Positions 38,066-52,109 of a DNA stretch of 64,000 nt are shown here, one piece after another. The stretch comes from the human T2T-CHM13v2.0 reference genome, Homo sapiens. Location of the stretch: assembly GCF_009914755.1 (NCBI RefSeq), contig NC_060931.1, one strand, 5' to 3'. The position numbers and the translations under genes are program-made. A model generated the notes under the pieces. It was not told the origin of the DNA, made no database searches, and was given only the letters and a program-made list of their open reading frames with translations. Position 1 is the first letter of the stretch. Each line of letters opens with the position of its first letter.

Positions 38066-40866
38066 ACTTTCCAGGATTAATACAATACTCTGTTAATGCA
38101 AACTGATAATGAATTGGCTATTTTGTGACGTACCTCACACCAGACATACACTAAGCTTACTGCTGATTATAAAACAAAAGTAAAATAAAACAACAGAAAA
38201 TGATAATATTTAATATTATATTGCTTTGAATATTTATACTTCTAAAAATGTGGTTCTACTTAAGATATGTGTAATTATTTACTCTTGTAGACATCTTATA
38301 TCTGTTGGTGTTATCACTATTGTTGTTGTTAAAGAGGTATTCACAGTCTCACAAGTTAGGATTGTCATAGTGAGAACTCAAAATCATACTGACAAATGGA
38401 CTTAAGCTAATTTTTGTTCTTCCCTAAAACTTTAATTTTTTTTCAATTCAAGCAATGATGAGAATTAATTTCGATATTCCAGTTGGAAAAGAAAAACAGA
38501 CCTCTCTCCAAAACTGAATTTGATAGTCCTTTGATCTTCAGACATTATGTCAGTTTTTTAAAAATCACAGCAAAATGCAAACTACAGAAACTGATGATCC
38601 ACCTAGTTGTGAGTTTTGATTCAATGTCATGTAATTAGTTATAGAATAAGTTCGGTAATCTTGCTAAGGCATCTTATTTGGTATCTTGGCAATTTTGAGT
38701 TGCTAGGTTTCAGTACATGTGTATTTTCATTAGAAATAACAATTTTTCCTAAATGAGACCATTGTCTTATAAAATAAGAAAAATCCTGTTCAAAAAGTTT
38801 TCATTTGTGTCATATTTGAAAGTTCAAAAGTATGGTATATTATATTGTATATTTACTATTCCTTGAAAAATAAGGAAACTAATGTATATTTTCAGATGTT
38901 TTAATTTTTAATTGGTACTTGTAAAGAGAAGAAAGATAATTATTTCACATATAAAACTTCAAAAATATTAAATTTGGGGTAATTTCATATATGTGATTTT
39001 TATCCATCCTAATTATTTCCTTAATAAAGATACCAACTGTGTCTCCAAATATCTAAGGCAAGAAAACTTCTCACCTATCTTTCATTAGGAGAAGCAATGA
39101 CTCTTTCTGGTCAAAAAATGTTTTAGGCTAATACTGCCCTGCAACAGAACTCAACTGTACATGGCAAATTAGTCAAACAACTTGGTTACTTTAATGTCCA
39201 TTCTAGAGCAAGTAGAATGCTTACAGATATTTTTAATATTTCTAGGAAAGTAATGTTTCTTTACCCACTTACCTATGCTGGCAGTATTATTCTAATTAAA
39301 AAAGTAATTACATGCTATTATTTAGCAAATCTCACAGCTATGTACAAAAGCTCCCACGTTAATCAATTATAATCAAAAGAGCAGGAAATACACAATTAGA
39401 TTTAAAACATTTGTAGTTATTTAAAATTGTTTTGTTTCTTGTACTGTTTGATATAACTAAAAGTCTCCAGGCATAAAAACCTGACCAAAAGAATAACTAG
39501 TTATAACTTCTTATATCTACATAAAAATAATTTGACATTTTTTTCCTGGAATTGTTAAAAAAAAGAAGCACTCTAATATATATTTCCCCCAGTTTCTGTA
39601 GTCTCCGTATGTTAACTATCACTCATAAACTTCCTTCCCTGTCCCATGTAGCATCTACTTCATTTGATTATTGTGTTATTGTGCCCTAAAGTTCTCTCAT
39701 CCATTGTAATTAAAGTCCAACTATTATTATGTTCCACATTGGATAGTAAGCTGATTTGAGTATAGGCATTTATTTATTTTTCTCCCCCAAGGATATGTGA
39801 TATTTACCTATTGAACTTATGTAACAATAAAAGTTAATAGAAAGTAAGAGCAGACAAGGGATGGAAATTTACATAGCTAAAGTAGCATCTCTTTTACAGA
39901 AGAACAGAATAATGGAATAATTTTCTGATGTTTCCTAAAAGAGGTTTTTGTTATTAATTGAATTTTTATGAAGTGAAACATTAATTATTTGTTAGGAAGT
40001 TTAGGAAAGCATAGTCTAAAGTATGTTTTAGAAAGACAACTCATTTTCTTTAAATTGGCAACAAGTTAACTATTCTTTCCAGTCTTGACAATTACCAAAT
40101 AAATTAAAAGGAAACACAGTCCCAATAGCAGATTATTTTGCTAAACATTTGGATAAATAGAAGTAATGACTTCCAAAAAAACACTAGTATCAGGTTGTGA
40201 GATTTCTAGATAACATCATTTACTTTTCCCAACCCAATTAAAGCCAAATGTTTATGCTTCTTAACCTTTAATTTATTGTTCCTGAAAGCCTTTGCTCCAC
40301 TGCCCCCACTGGAGAATTTCTAGTAACAACAGAGTTTCTTGGTCTGAGTAAGATATGAATACTAGAAATTTTAGCAAACGTGTCCTTGGGTATATCAGAA
40401 AATGCATATGCAAATTAACATTTTCAATTTCTCTCATTTTTTTAATTTTTGGAAATAAGTGTTAAAAGATGTTAGGATTTATTAAAAGTCTATATAAATT
40501 GTTCTTTGTGTTGATGCCTTATAGACATGTAAATCTCTTTGAAGACAGATTGGATTTATATTTCACTCAAATCCACCAGTGCAGAAATAACCCTCATTAG
40601 GTTTACCTGAAGCATTTTCAGTTTCTATGATGTTTAACATTGTGCAATGGGATAGGATAGTTGGAATGAAGAGAGTCAACCTCCAAATGAATAAATTTGT
40701 TTTCTTATTTTCCTTTTTTGGATTTTTATGGAGACCTGGTATTCATATACACTGAATGTCATTTGGACATAATCAACTACAAGCTTTAATAATGTTGATA
40801 AGCTACCTCGAATCTTTTCTTAGAATTAATGTCAGCAGCAAAAAGTAAGCCTAATGTTGTCTTTCT

Positions 40867-41055
40867 CAGTGGGTTTAAAACTTTAACAAACATTAGAATC
40901 ATCTGAAAGTTTTCTTAAAATACAGATTTCTGGGCCCCATTTCTAGAGCTTCTAACTCAGTGAGTCTGGGCTGGCTCCCGATAATTTTCATTTCTAATAG
41001 TTCACTGCTGCTGTTGATGCTGCTGGTCTTGGAAACATAATTTGAAAAATCACTG
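40867..41055 (-). mobile_element. MER5A
   Basis: CAGTGGGTTTAAAACTT...ATTAGAATCATCTG...CAGATTTCTGGGCCCC...TGATGCTGCTGGTC...TTTGAAAAATCACTG, 189 bp with CAGTG/CACTG termini. Confidence 0.85.
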
Positions 41056-41964
41056 GTCTACTTTGTTAATCATCATTATTACATATCAATTATCAATTAA
41101 TCAGAGTTAAGAAAATATATAAATATTTGTCTCTATAGATAAGATATGCATGTAATTAAAAATTTTACTTTGGATCTTGATGCTAAGGGAGTCTTGAAAC
41201 TGAGAAAGAGAAAATAGTAATAGAAATTGGGATAGTTTAAATTTTTTACTTTCACAGATTTTGAGGGAAGAAAATAACCTTGGAAGGCTATGAAAATTAG
41301 CTTGCCAACATATATTTAATAGCAGACACAGCCACTTTTATTGTGGGAGCTTAGGGGACACTTATTGTATTGACTAACATGGTCCTTCCCTTGGTCAGAG
41401 ACCACTAATTTCATATGAATGTTCTAGATATCTTTTCACTGTGGAATTACTATTTGTTGCACACCAGGCATGAAGTTGATATTGAGAAAAGATTTTCATT
41501 TATTTACTACTAAGTTGGATGAATAAAAGAGATCACAAAGACAATTTTCACACAAATAAATAAAACAATGTAGCAATTCATATATGGCAGAAGTTGAGGA
41601 AGGAACTTAAGTTGGTCCTTGGTCACTAAGTGATCCTTGACCACATAAAGTGGTCAAAGAAGTTATTTCAAAACACGGAAAAGTGCCTATCGACAGCTTA
41701 CACCACTGTGTGCTGTAAAACTATTGTTTATTCTTCAAATTGTATGTGCCCAGAAAAGCCGGAGAAAATACAGTAAGCTCTTATCAGTACCGTTTACCAA
41801 TTAGAAAATGTCATAAGGGAAAATCTCAAATAATCCAATGAAAGATTCATCACTCCCATTAACACTTAACTTTATGTTAATAAAAACAACTATATTTGTT
41901 TGTATCATTTGTTAATTAAAATTATTACCATTTTTAAAACCAGGCTAAAGAAAAAGACATGAGG

Positions 41965-42190
41965 ATGCTCTACTGGCCTCGTTGTTGTTTCCTGTGCACC
42001 GAGGGACTCAGATGCTTCTGGGCTTTGCACTGACATTTTCCTGTGTTAAGAACTCTCTTCACACAGATCATCACTTTGTTCAGTGTCTCACTATGCTCAA
42101 ATGTCATCTCTTCAAAAAAGACCATTTCTAAAATTGCACAACCCTGTAACTCTCTGTTCTGTTAGCCAGTTTGATTTATTAACACCTACT
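41965..42190 (+). mobile_element. L2 fragment
   Basis: ACTGGCCTC...GGGCTTTGCACTG...CTCAAATGTCATCTCTTCA...CTAAAATTGCA. Confidence 0.65.
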
Positions 42191-42204
42191 GTATTTCTTT
42201 ATAA

Positions 42205-42519
<315 letters not shown>

Positions 42520-42584
42520 ACTTAACATATTTCAATGAGGCTATAACTCTAGTATATCTAAGAAGTCCCATTAATTTATTTACT

Positions 42585-43021
42585 ATATGGTAGTTTTAAA
42601 ATAGATTTTAAAAATCCTTACTCTCCTTCCTTCAAAAGGTAAGCCCGAATTCAATCCTCTTGAATGCAGGTCAGTCTTGATGACTACTAACTAATAGAAT
42701 TTGGCAGAATTGGCAATGAGTCCAAACCTCTCGAGTTGCTTCCTCTGAGGGAAGTCAGCCACCAGGTATATTCATGAAGCCTATGCAGAGGCCCATGCAG
42801 GAAAGAAGTGAGGCTTCCTGCCAACAGTCATCACCAACTTGCCAGCCATGTAAGTGAACCACCTAGTAAGCAAATCATTTAACTCCAGTCAAGCTTTCAG
42901 ATAACTATAGTACCCGGAAACATTTTGATTGCAATCTCATGAAAGAACACAAGCCGAAACTGCCCAGCAAAGAAACTCTGTAATTCCTGATGTTGTTATA
43001 AATCAGTACACAGCTAATACC
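42585..43021 (+). mobile_element. MLT1F-like MaLR solo LTR
   Basis: AATAGAATTTGGCAGAA...GGAAGTCAGCCACCA...GAGGCCCATG...TGAGGCTTCCTGCCAACAG...CACCAACTTGCCAGCCATGTAAGTGA...CCAGTCAAGCTTTCAGAT...CTAATAC. Confidence 0.8.
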
Positions 43022-43564
43022 GCTAATGAAAAAGTACGGCCAATTTTACTAACAAAATTCTCTCTTATCATACAAAATTCCATTTTATATTTAATGAAAG
43101 AGATCTTTGAAACTAATTTAGACTCAGATTTTAATCATACATCACTCTTGTGCATACTCATAAAAAGAAATTGCAACTGAAAGAAATTGATGATAAACTT
43201 AAAACTTCTTCACATTTAGTATCCAATTTCTGACTATATTTTCAACTTAGTATGATCAGCATCTGTGTTTTTCAACACAAGACATCTGCAGTGTCCTTAG
43301 AAGTGTTGATGAGGAGAATTTTTTAAAGGAATTATACTATTTTCTTTAAACTTTTCTTCTAGGTGGTTGACCCTCATTATGCAAGTTTTGTTGTTAGTGG
43401 TTTCTCAATCTTACCAAGCTGTCAGTTGATAAAAATCACATTATTGTTATTTCCTGGTCAATAGTGACTATAAGATGCATCTGCAGCCAGACATCAACAT
43501 GTTAAAAAATACATTTTAGAATTAATGAAATAGAGAATATACAAATATATTTATTTGTTAATTA

Positions 43565-43680
43565 TAATTACCCCTGCTAAAATGTGAAATGCAGTGACTT
43601 TGTCTTGTGTACAGTTGCATCCAAAGTGCCTGGCACATATTAAGTGTGGAATAAATATTTATCAAGTGACTGACTAAAGA
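43565..43680 (+). mobile_element. L2 3' end
   Basis: GACTTTGTCTTG...AGTGCCTGGCACATATTAAGTG...AATAAATATTT...TGACTGACT. Confidence 0.65.
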
Positions 43681-45289
43681 AACACATGCATACATAAAAT
43701 TACAGTATCGTGTATACTAAGTAAGAGCATTCCCTGGTTTGTCATCTATGTAAACCAAAAATTTTAACTAAATATTGTAGGAAATTTTGTTTAAAAATTA
43801 AAGTGTAAGACTGAAAATTATCAACATTACCTTTAGGTAACTTAAGATCATTGTTTTGATTGATATTTATTATTTGACATTCCTATTGCTATCGGTTATA
43901 CAGGAAACACTAAAATGTACTGCATGAAACCCTCAATACAGCTTTTTTTAAGCAATCCTAAAACTCTGCATTTTGAACTTACATAAATTTCTAGAATCTG
44001 GTATATTAGTTAATTTACATAATATAAGTGTTTAAACAAAATGTTATCTCACTTTAAAACTGTTTCCATTCCAGATGTAGGTTATGAAGGGAACATCCAC
44101 CTTTCAGTATCCTCCATTTTGCTTTCATACAACAACTGTTCACATGTGACTATTTCTACTGCTATGTAAGCCAACTATTTCCCATGTCTATATTACAGAC
44201 ACACTATCAAGAAATAGAAACTGTTCAATGTGGCAAATATTTTCCAGCAACTGTGTCCATTTTGCAGAGACGATATGTTTTCATCACCTCAAGGATGACT
44301 GACCATGCAGTCAAAAAACAAAGACCAATCCCCAACAAGTGATGCCAGCTAAAGAACTTTCCCATGTAGAGTGTGACCACGATTAATAATAGTTTTACAG
44401 CCCTATAAAGCTCAAAACAAATATGAATAAAATGAACAGGCATCCCTGTAAAAGTCAAGAAGACAAGTCAGAGGTATATCGATTGAGTGGAATGTTAATA
44501 TATTAATAACATTAATGACATAAGTGATTTATTTCGTTGACAGAATTCAGAATGAGATTCATTTATCATCATCTCCTACTCATCCATCAGTAGGATATTG
44601 TCCCAAGTAGTTGGCCTTCTATTACCAATTTAAGTTTTTTTATAGTAATTATATTAGAGAAAGAATGCATTATGGTTGTGGTTCACTATATTATAAATAA
44701 AATATAAACAAAATTAATGTTTTGTATAAACTAATATGTTATAATATTCAAATGATAGTTCTATTACTTCGTTTTACTTATTTTATACTGCACTAGCTCC
44801 TACCCTCTCCAAATTACCTAGTTTGGAAAGACAATTAATTTTAATTCCACACTAATACTCTTCTCTTCAAAAAGAAGGATGATAATAAGCCCCTGATAAA
44901 AATGAATACAGTTTAAATAATGTCCACTTGATATGTAAGATCTCCAATATTTAATCAGATAACATCAATAAATTCCAATGTGTGCACACTTCAGAGAAGA
45001 TGGATGAGTATAACCATATATTGGCCTGGAAGCTTTCTCTACTTCTTCAGAAGCTCCTAAAGACCCATTTTGGAATCTGAATAGTTCAATGAGCGTATCT
45101 TACCAATAGAGACAGATTACAGTGGAAAAGTAATAGAAGAGCAGCCTCTACACAACTGGCCAGAATTTGTGACACTTAGATCCAGTTCTAAAGACATCAA
45201 TGAATAAAGAAGAAATTTAGGGCAGATGACAGAGGACACATATATGAATGGGGAGAGAATATAAGGTACATGGAGGTAAATATGTCGAA

Positions 45290-45470
45290 AGAAGTTGGGG
45301 TAAGAACATGAAAATGTTGCGGATATTACAATGGAGTTTTAATTTTATTCTTCAAAGGAAGAGTGACCAAAGAGTCTTAAACTGGAAAAGAAATGATCAA
45401 ATATGCAAATTAAAGAGAGATCACCCTGACAGCTGTATGAAGAATGGTCAGGAAACCAGAGGTGATTAGG
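45290..45470 (-). mobile_element. L2 fragment
   Basis: GGAGTTTTAATTTTATTCT...GATCACCCTGACAGCTGTATGAAGAATGG. Confidence 0.55.
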
Positions 45471-47069
45471 ACATCAAAACAGGTCAGCCAAAACTTTTAG
45501 ACATCTCAAAAGCTTCAAGATCCAAAGGGCTACATCTCTAATTATAAAACTTAAGACCCTGTGACTTGTAAAGGTATTGTGTGACTAAAATTTTCTCTAG
45601 TTTTTTTAGATCACCATGTGCAAAGTTATTGCTACATAGTATATTAACAGAAAAAGATAATGATAAAGTTAAAACATACCTACTTCAACAAACTAAGCAG
45701 AAGCTGATGAGTTTCTCACCTCATGAGATGGACACTAGAAGTGTAAACATATATTTCAATAAAGCCAATGCATTTTTCAAATATGTGTTTTGATTGCTAC
45801 TAAGTTTAAGTCACTACATGCTAAGCCATTATATTAGGTATTACATTAGATGCTAAGGCATTATGTTACATGCAGGGGCTGGGGAAGAAATGGAATAAAA
45901 ATCAAGGGGTAAAGATGAAAAAAATAAGGCTACTGATGGACATAAATTACTTTTGTGTTTCCATATTTAGTTCTTCAGTAGTTTCATTCATTTTCTTACC
46001 ATCTTAAAGCACTTTATGATGGCATGGTTTGGAAGGAGAAATAATTTTAGAACCCAAGCACTGTTAGTCTTGGTGACAAAGGGCCTTCAAGGGATGAGAA
46101 TGAAAGGAATCAAAAAATATTTGTATGCGTGTCTACTTGACCTGAATGCTATATGCCTCACTCACTGATTAAATCAGGTCCTGGTGCTACTGGAGTTTAA
46201 AATAATGACTGAGAAAATTAGAACAAGTCTTAAATTTACTGATAATTTTGGCAGATGTTGAAATTGGGTCCATGTGCAGCTTAGCCCATTATGCTTCAGT
46301 GGTTTTTAATGTAAAATGTGCTTTAAGATTTTTTTTCTCCAGATAGAAATTGTCTGCCTTACCTTCAGAGAAATTGTATCCTCAATGAAAGATCAGATTA
46401 AATGGAATAAGTGCTTGCTTATACATTTGGATTAAGAGAGTGCAGCTGAAAGGATGCTTAAAATATATCTTTAAACCTAAGTGCAAAATTTCCATATGTA
46501 CCTTGAAATATGTATTGGGGTGTTAAATGTGCTCAGTAAGCTAAGCAATGTGTTAGATAATTAATAAACATTTAACCGCATTGATTTTTACAGCCTGCTT
46601 TATTGAACTTCTTATCAGTATTGAGCAGATGGGTCATAACTATGAAAAATTATATTTTAAACACGATTACTATATGTGGATTATATTTGAAAAATACTGT
46701 TCAGTGAAGCACTTACAAATGTAATTTAACGCACAGAGCAAGACCCCAAAGTTAAGGTAATTTTTCTTGCATTAAATACAAAGGTACTTAACTGATATAT
46801 AAAGAATATTATGGAGTTGTTTAAAAATAAATGAAAAAACAACCCCCTATATGAAAGAATAAAGTAGTATGTACAGTATCAGCTAGGAGTAAACAATTAA
46901 TTGATTTTTGCTTTTACTTAGCATATAACAAATTCATTCTAATTACTTTTTAATATTATTCTTGATATTAAAAATGTTTGAATTTTTGTATTACTACTAT
47001 AGAAATCGGTATTACTATAATAATCTCTTGGAATGACAACTACTGTTTTATAAGCCTCAAATTGTAGTG

Positions 47070-47070
<1 letters not shown>

Positions 47071-47113
<43 letters not shown>

Positions 47114-47121
47114 CACACACA
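47071..47121. repeat. (CA)n microsatellite
   Basis: Directly visible, with one CG interruption. Confidence 0.97.
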
Positions 47122-47357
47122 GATGAGTCAAACATTAACTCATTCCTGATACGGGACTGAGATAATGTGAAAAGCCCTAATAATTTTTTTTTGCAATTTT
47201 TTCCAAATGAATTTATTTGTTAATATTTACATATTTCAGCCATTATTTTATTATGACACAAATATATTTAAGATAAACACTGTAAAGTATAGGTTATCCT
47301 TTTTAGAAAGTAGTAGGACCAAAACAAATGATTATTGAACCTATCACAATTTTCAAG

Positions 47358-47850
47358 AAAGGTAACCAGCCTCTAGCATGGTCCCCAATAATCCATGCTT
47401 TCTGCTATTCAAACTTTTGTGTAGTTAGTATGTCACCTTTGACATCTGATTATGAAAAGCCTGTAGCTTCAGTCTTGGTCCCTCTCTCTCTCTTTCTTCC
47501 CCACTCCTACCACTGCCGGCCCAGCTTTCTGATGGTTCACTCTGAGGGAAGCCATATTCCATTCCAAACATTCCCAGAAGAGGCCACTGTGGCAAAGCAC
47601 TGAAGTCCTTGGCTAACAGCCAGTGAAAAAAACAGACGCTGTCAATAACCAGAAAAGTGAGTTTGGAAGTGGATCCTTCCCTAGTCAACTCTCCAGATAA
47701 AACTGTGGCCACAATACACCTCATGTGGGACCTTGAGTCAGAACTACTCAGCTAAGGCTCTCCCAGAATTCTGGTTCACACAAATTGTCAGATAATATTT
47801 ATCTTAATCTCCTGAGTTTTGGGATAATTTGCTGCATAGCAATTAATACA
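47358..47850 (+). mobile_element. MLT1F/E-like MaLR solo LTR
   Basis: GGTAACCAGCCTCTAGCATGGTCCCCAATAATCC...CACTCTGAGGGAAGCCA...AACAGCCAGTGA...GTGAGTTTGGAAGTGGATCCTTCCC...AGTTTTGGGATAATTTG...TAATACA. Confidence 0.8.
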
Positions 47851-49171
47851 CCAGATGACATATCTATCCAATTGTACCCAAGAGACATCATGCTTGATAA
47901 TATGAGACATACATAAAGAGTGGACAGCATGTGAATGCTTAGCATATTTACAATCTAGTTAAAATAATTAAGATACATACAAGTAACATAAGACAGTCAA
48001 GAAAAAAATGTGTACTAAAATAATGATATTAAGAAAATGACATTGAAACATAGGAAGTAGAGTCATTTTTGTTGAGGAGCTGCATAAAGCCATATAGAAA
48101 TGGCACAAGTGAACTGATGTGTGGCTGGTGACTATGATTTGTACATAAGGCATTCCAGGATGAAGACAAAGTTTGCACAAATGCATAAAAATGGTAAAGT
48201 ACAGAGTGTACAAAAAAATCAGAAAAAAACTTAGTTGGACTAACTGTATAGCAGCATATGTAATAGATTAGAAAAGTAATACCTATTCATGAGACATAGA
48301 ATATATTAATATTCCAAGTCTAGCATAAATTAGGTGATTTGGGGAACCACAATTTATCTAAATTTTCATATATGCTTTGTTAAAGTGTTAGCAATTTTGA
48401 TATATTCATGGTCTTGCAAAAGCATCTGTATTGTAGGTTGGGATGCCCTTGCAATGCTATTTCACTGCTGATCCATTACCAACAATCAATTGGATACATG
48501 CAAAAAGAGAAAAAATTGCATCTGAGAAACAAAGATAAAACTGAAAAACTTTATAATTTTCTGGAGTTTATACTTGAGCATAGTCATGGATAATAAGTTA
48601 TGTTCAGCATTCCAACTCTCAGGAATTGGTCGTAATTGCCTAGATATCTGTGTTGTATAGGAACATAGGCTATATCTGAGTTTATAGAAAAATTGTGCCA
48701 TGATCATTTTGGAATGTCTGCCATGGCAACAACAGAGAAAAGAGGTGGCATTTGTACATGCTATTTGCCATATTTGTATATGAAAGAAGAGGTAGAACAT
48801 ACACAGGAAAAGAGGACCATAAAGTGATTATGTTAGCTCAAGCTGTGACACATTTACAATAATAATTGTTATTAAATTTTTTAAATATTTAAAATATTAA
48901 GATTTGATTATTATAGGAAGCTTTAGAAGAACAGAACTCACGTTCAACCTTATAGAATAAGTTGTATATTATTAGAAAATCTTTAAAAATGAGAACATTT
49001 GTATTTACAATTTAAGTTTTAATGTTGCATCATTCAATGTTTATTCCCATTTAACTTAGTTTTACATATTAAGTTATCTCTGGATTCTATCAGTATTATG
49101 GATCAATTTATTTGTAAGTGTTATATTTGGTCAGATAGTTTCCATACTATCCACATAGGTAACAAACTAAG

Positions 49172-49660
49172 CAAATCAGTTGAGAATGTATTTATTTTCA
49201 AGTAATAGATACTTGACTAACTGAAAGTTGAACAAAGAGGGGTTCTTTTCTTCACATATGAAAAAATCCATAGATACACAGTTGCTGGCATTCCTTCTGG
49301 TTTTCAGTGATGACATAGTAGCCTCATCTGTTTCTACTTCCCTTAGCCACCAAAAGCATGCTAGCATCTCACCTCATGTTTAATGGCTTCTGGTTACAAA
49401 GACTGGTATAGCTCAGGACACCAAGTCTAGGCTCAAAGTAAAAGCATGGTGGAAGGGGAAGGAAGGGCCCAGAAATAGTTCACTCCTTTTAACAGGACAT
49501 CAGATATCACCATAAATTTGATTGTGCAGAACTTAGTCCTTTCTAGTTGTAAGCAAGGCATTATCTATTACTTAGGGATATGCACATTGCTACTCCAAAT
49601 AAAGTCAGCACATGGATACTAAAGAAAAAGAGAATGGATAATTTGTAAGCAATAAACCAT
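49172..49660 (-). mobile_element. Old ERVL/MaLR solo LTR (MLT1J/K- or LTR33-like)
   Basis: TCAGTTGAGAATG...CAAGTAATAGATACTTGACTAACTG...AACAAAGAGGGG start and GCACATTGCTACTCCAAATAAA near the end. Strongly diverged. Confidence 0.5.
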
Positions 49661-50019
49661 GCCTGTTTCACGAAGCATAACGTTACACAAAATATGTGCG
49701 GTAAGCCCACAGAATTTATTTTCAAGAATCATTTAATGAATTATGTTATCCTTGATAGTTGTAAAAAGAATTATTATTCATTCACCAATAATTTATAAAT
49801 CACCTATTATGTGGCAAGCATTTTTAAAGTTTTAGGAATGTAACCATTCTGAGGTTTATTTTGGAAACAAGTTACTTTTCAAAAGCCAAATATATCAGAA
49901 TTTACATTTTTAATATAATCTTGGAAAACTAAAGCATTGAGTCATTCATAACTATAATAATAATTAAAATATCATATATGAAAGTGACTTTATTTTTATA
50001 AACTAGAAAAAACTGACAG

Positions 50020-50792
50020 GTGAAATAAAAATACCACTTACAATAGAATAAAAAACATCAAATATCTACGAATAAATATAACAAAAAAAGCCCAACATCT
50101 CTACAATGAAAATAACTAAACATGAGTAAGACAAATTAAACAAGATAAATGAAGGGTAATTCTATATTCATGAATTGGAAAACCTAGTATTTTTAAGATT
50201 TCACTTTTACTTTTACAATTTGACATAAACATTTAATTCCATCCCAGTCAAAAGCCTAGCACATTCTTATGCTATCTATCCAGTGACAAAAAATGTATAT
50301 GAAAATGCAATGTATCTGGTATAACCAAGACAATGATGAAGAAGAAAAAGTTCAGAAGCTACCCTACCCTATCTTAAAACTTATTATGAAGCTACAAAAA
50401 TTAACAAGCACAGAGTTAGCCTAAAGATAGATTAACGTACTAAGGAAAGTTCAGAAATAGACATATACATGCATAGTCATTTCATTTATGACTATTAAAT
50501 AATTGAGCCAAAGAAACAGACACAAAGAATACACAGTGTGATTCCATTTATTTAAATCTCAAAATCAGGCAAAACTAATGTATAGATTAGAAATCAACAT
50601 AGTAGTTATTTGGGGCAGAGGAAAAGCTGTAATTGGAAGGGAGCAGAAGAGGACTTTGGAGGTTCTTGTAATAACCCACTTCTTGCTGTGGGTGCTAGGG
50701 TGTTCATTTTGTGAAAATGTAATAAACTGTGCAATTATGATTTTAAGGATTTATATGTGTTATACTTTAATAAAAAAGTTTACATAAAAATC
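50020..50792 (+). mobile_element. L1ME-type fragments (ORF2 end and 3'UTR)
   Basis: TATTCATGAATTGGAA...TATGAAAATGCAA...AAAACTTATTATGAAGCTACA...GATTCCATTTAT...CAGGCAAAACTAAT...TATACTTTAATAAAAAAGTT. Confidence 0.75.
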
Positions 50793-50854
50793 AATGCTTC
50801 CTCTGCGCCAGCAAGAACCATTATAAATGTTATGTTAAAAAATAGAACGGACCC

Positions 50855-52090
50855 TTTTTAATAATAGCCATTCTGACTGGTGTTAGATGGCATCTCACTG
50901 TGGTTGTGATTTGCATTTATATAATGATCAGTGATATTGAGCTTTTTTCATATCCTTGTTGGCCGCATGTATGTCTTCTTTAGAAAAAAGTCTGTTCATG
51001 TCCTTTGACCACTTTTCACTGGGGTTGTTTCTTTGTTTTGTTTTTTTCTTGTAAGTTTGCTTAACTTCCTTATGGATGCTGGATATTAGACCTCTGTCAG
51101 ATGCATAGTTTACAAGTGTTTTCTAGCATTCTGTAGATTGTTCACTCTGATGATAGTTTATTTTCCTGTGCAGAAGCTCTTTAGTTTAATTAAGTCCCAT
51201 TTGTCAATTTTTTGCTTTTGTTGCAACTGCTTTTGGCATAGTCATGAAATCTGTGCCTGTTCCTACGTCCAGGATAGTATTGCCTAGGTTGTCTTCCAGG
51301 ATTTTTATAGTTTTGGGTTTTACATTTAAGTCTTTAATCCATCTTGAGTTGATTTTTCTATATGGTTTAAGGAAGGGATCCAATTTGAATCTTCTGCATA
51401 GAAATAACAGATGCTGGTGAGTTGCGGAGAAAAGGGAACACTTATACATTGTTGGTGGGAGTGTAAATTAGTTCAACCATTGTGGAAAGCAGTATGGCAA
51501 TTCCTCAAAGAGTCAAAAACAGAACTACCATTGGACACACCAATCTCATTAGTAGGTATATACCCAGAGGAATATAAATCATTCTATCTTAAAGACACAT
51601 GCATGTAAATGTTTATTGCAGCTTTACTCACAACAGCAAACACATGGAATCAACCCAAATGTCCATCAGTGATAGACTGCATAAAGAAAATGTGGTACAT
51701 ATGAACCATGGAATATTATGCAGCCATAAAAAAGAATGAGATCATGTCTTTGCAGGAATATGGCTGGAGCTGCAAGGTATTATTCTTAGCAAACTAACAC
51801 AAAAACAGGAAACCAAATACCACATGTTCTCACTTATAAGTGGGAACTAAATGATGAGAACTCATGGACACAAAAAAGGGAACAGCAAACATTGGGGTCT
51901 TGTTAGGGGGGTGCTGGAGAGGAGCAGAAAAAACAACTTTTGGGTACTAGAGTTAGTACCTGGGTGACAAAATAATGTGTACAACAAACCCCTGTAACAT
52001 GAGTTTACCTATATAACAAATCTTCACATGTATCCCTGAAACTAAAATAAAAGTTAAAAAGTAAATAAAGAAATTTGATTCCTTCAAAAA
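50855..52090 (+). mobile_element. L1PA13/14-like insertion with a 5' inversion (50855-51400 antisense, 51401-52090 sense)
   Basis: The antisense ORF2 block and the sense ORF2-end/3'UTR block are adjacent in L1 coordinates. Degenerate TSD ATAGAACGGACCC (50842-50854) / ATAAAACTGACCC (52093-52105). Confidence 0.92.
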
Positions 52091-52109
52091 TGATAAAACT
52101 GACCCAAAG

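Noticed and set aside
41637-41657. Hairpin TTGACCAC-ATAAA-GTGGTCAA
   Set aside because: An 8-bp stem is expected by chance in 64 kb, with no pre-miRNA-length pairing.
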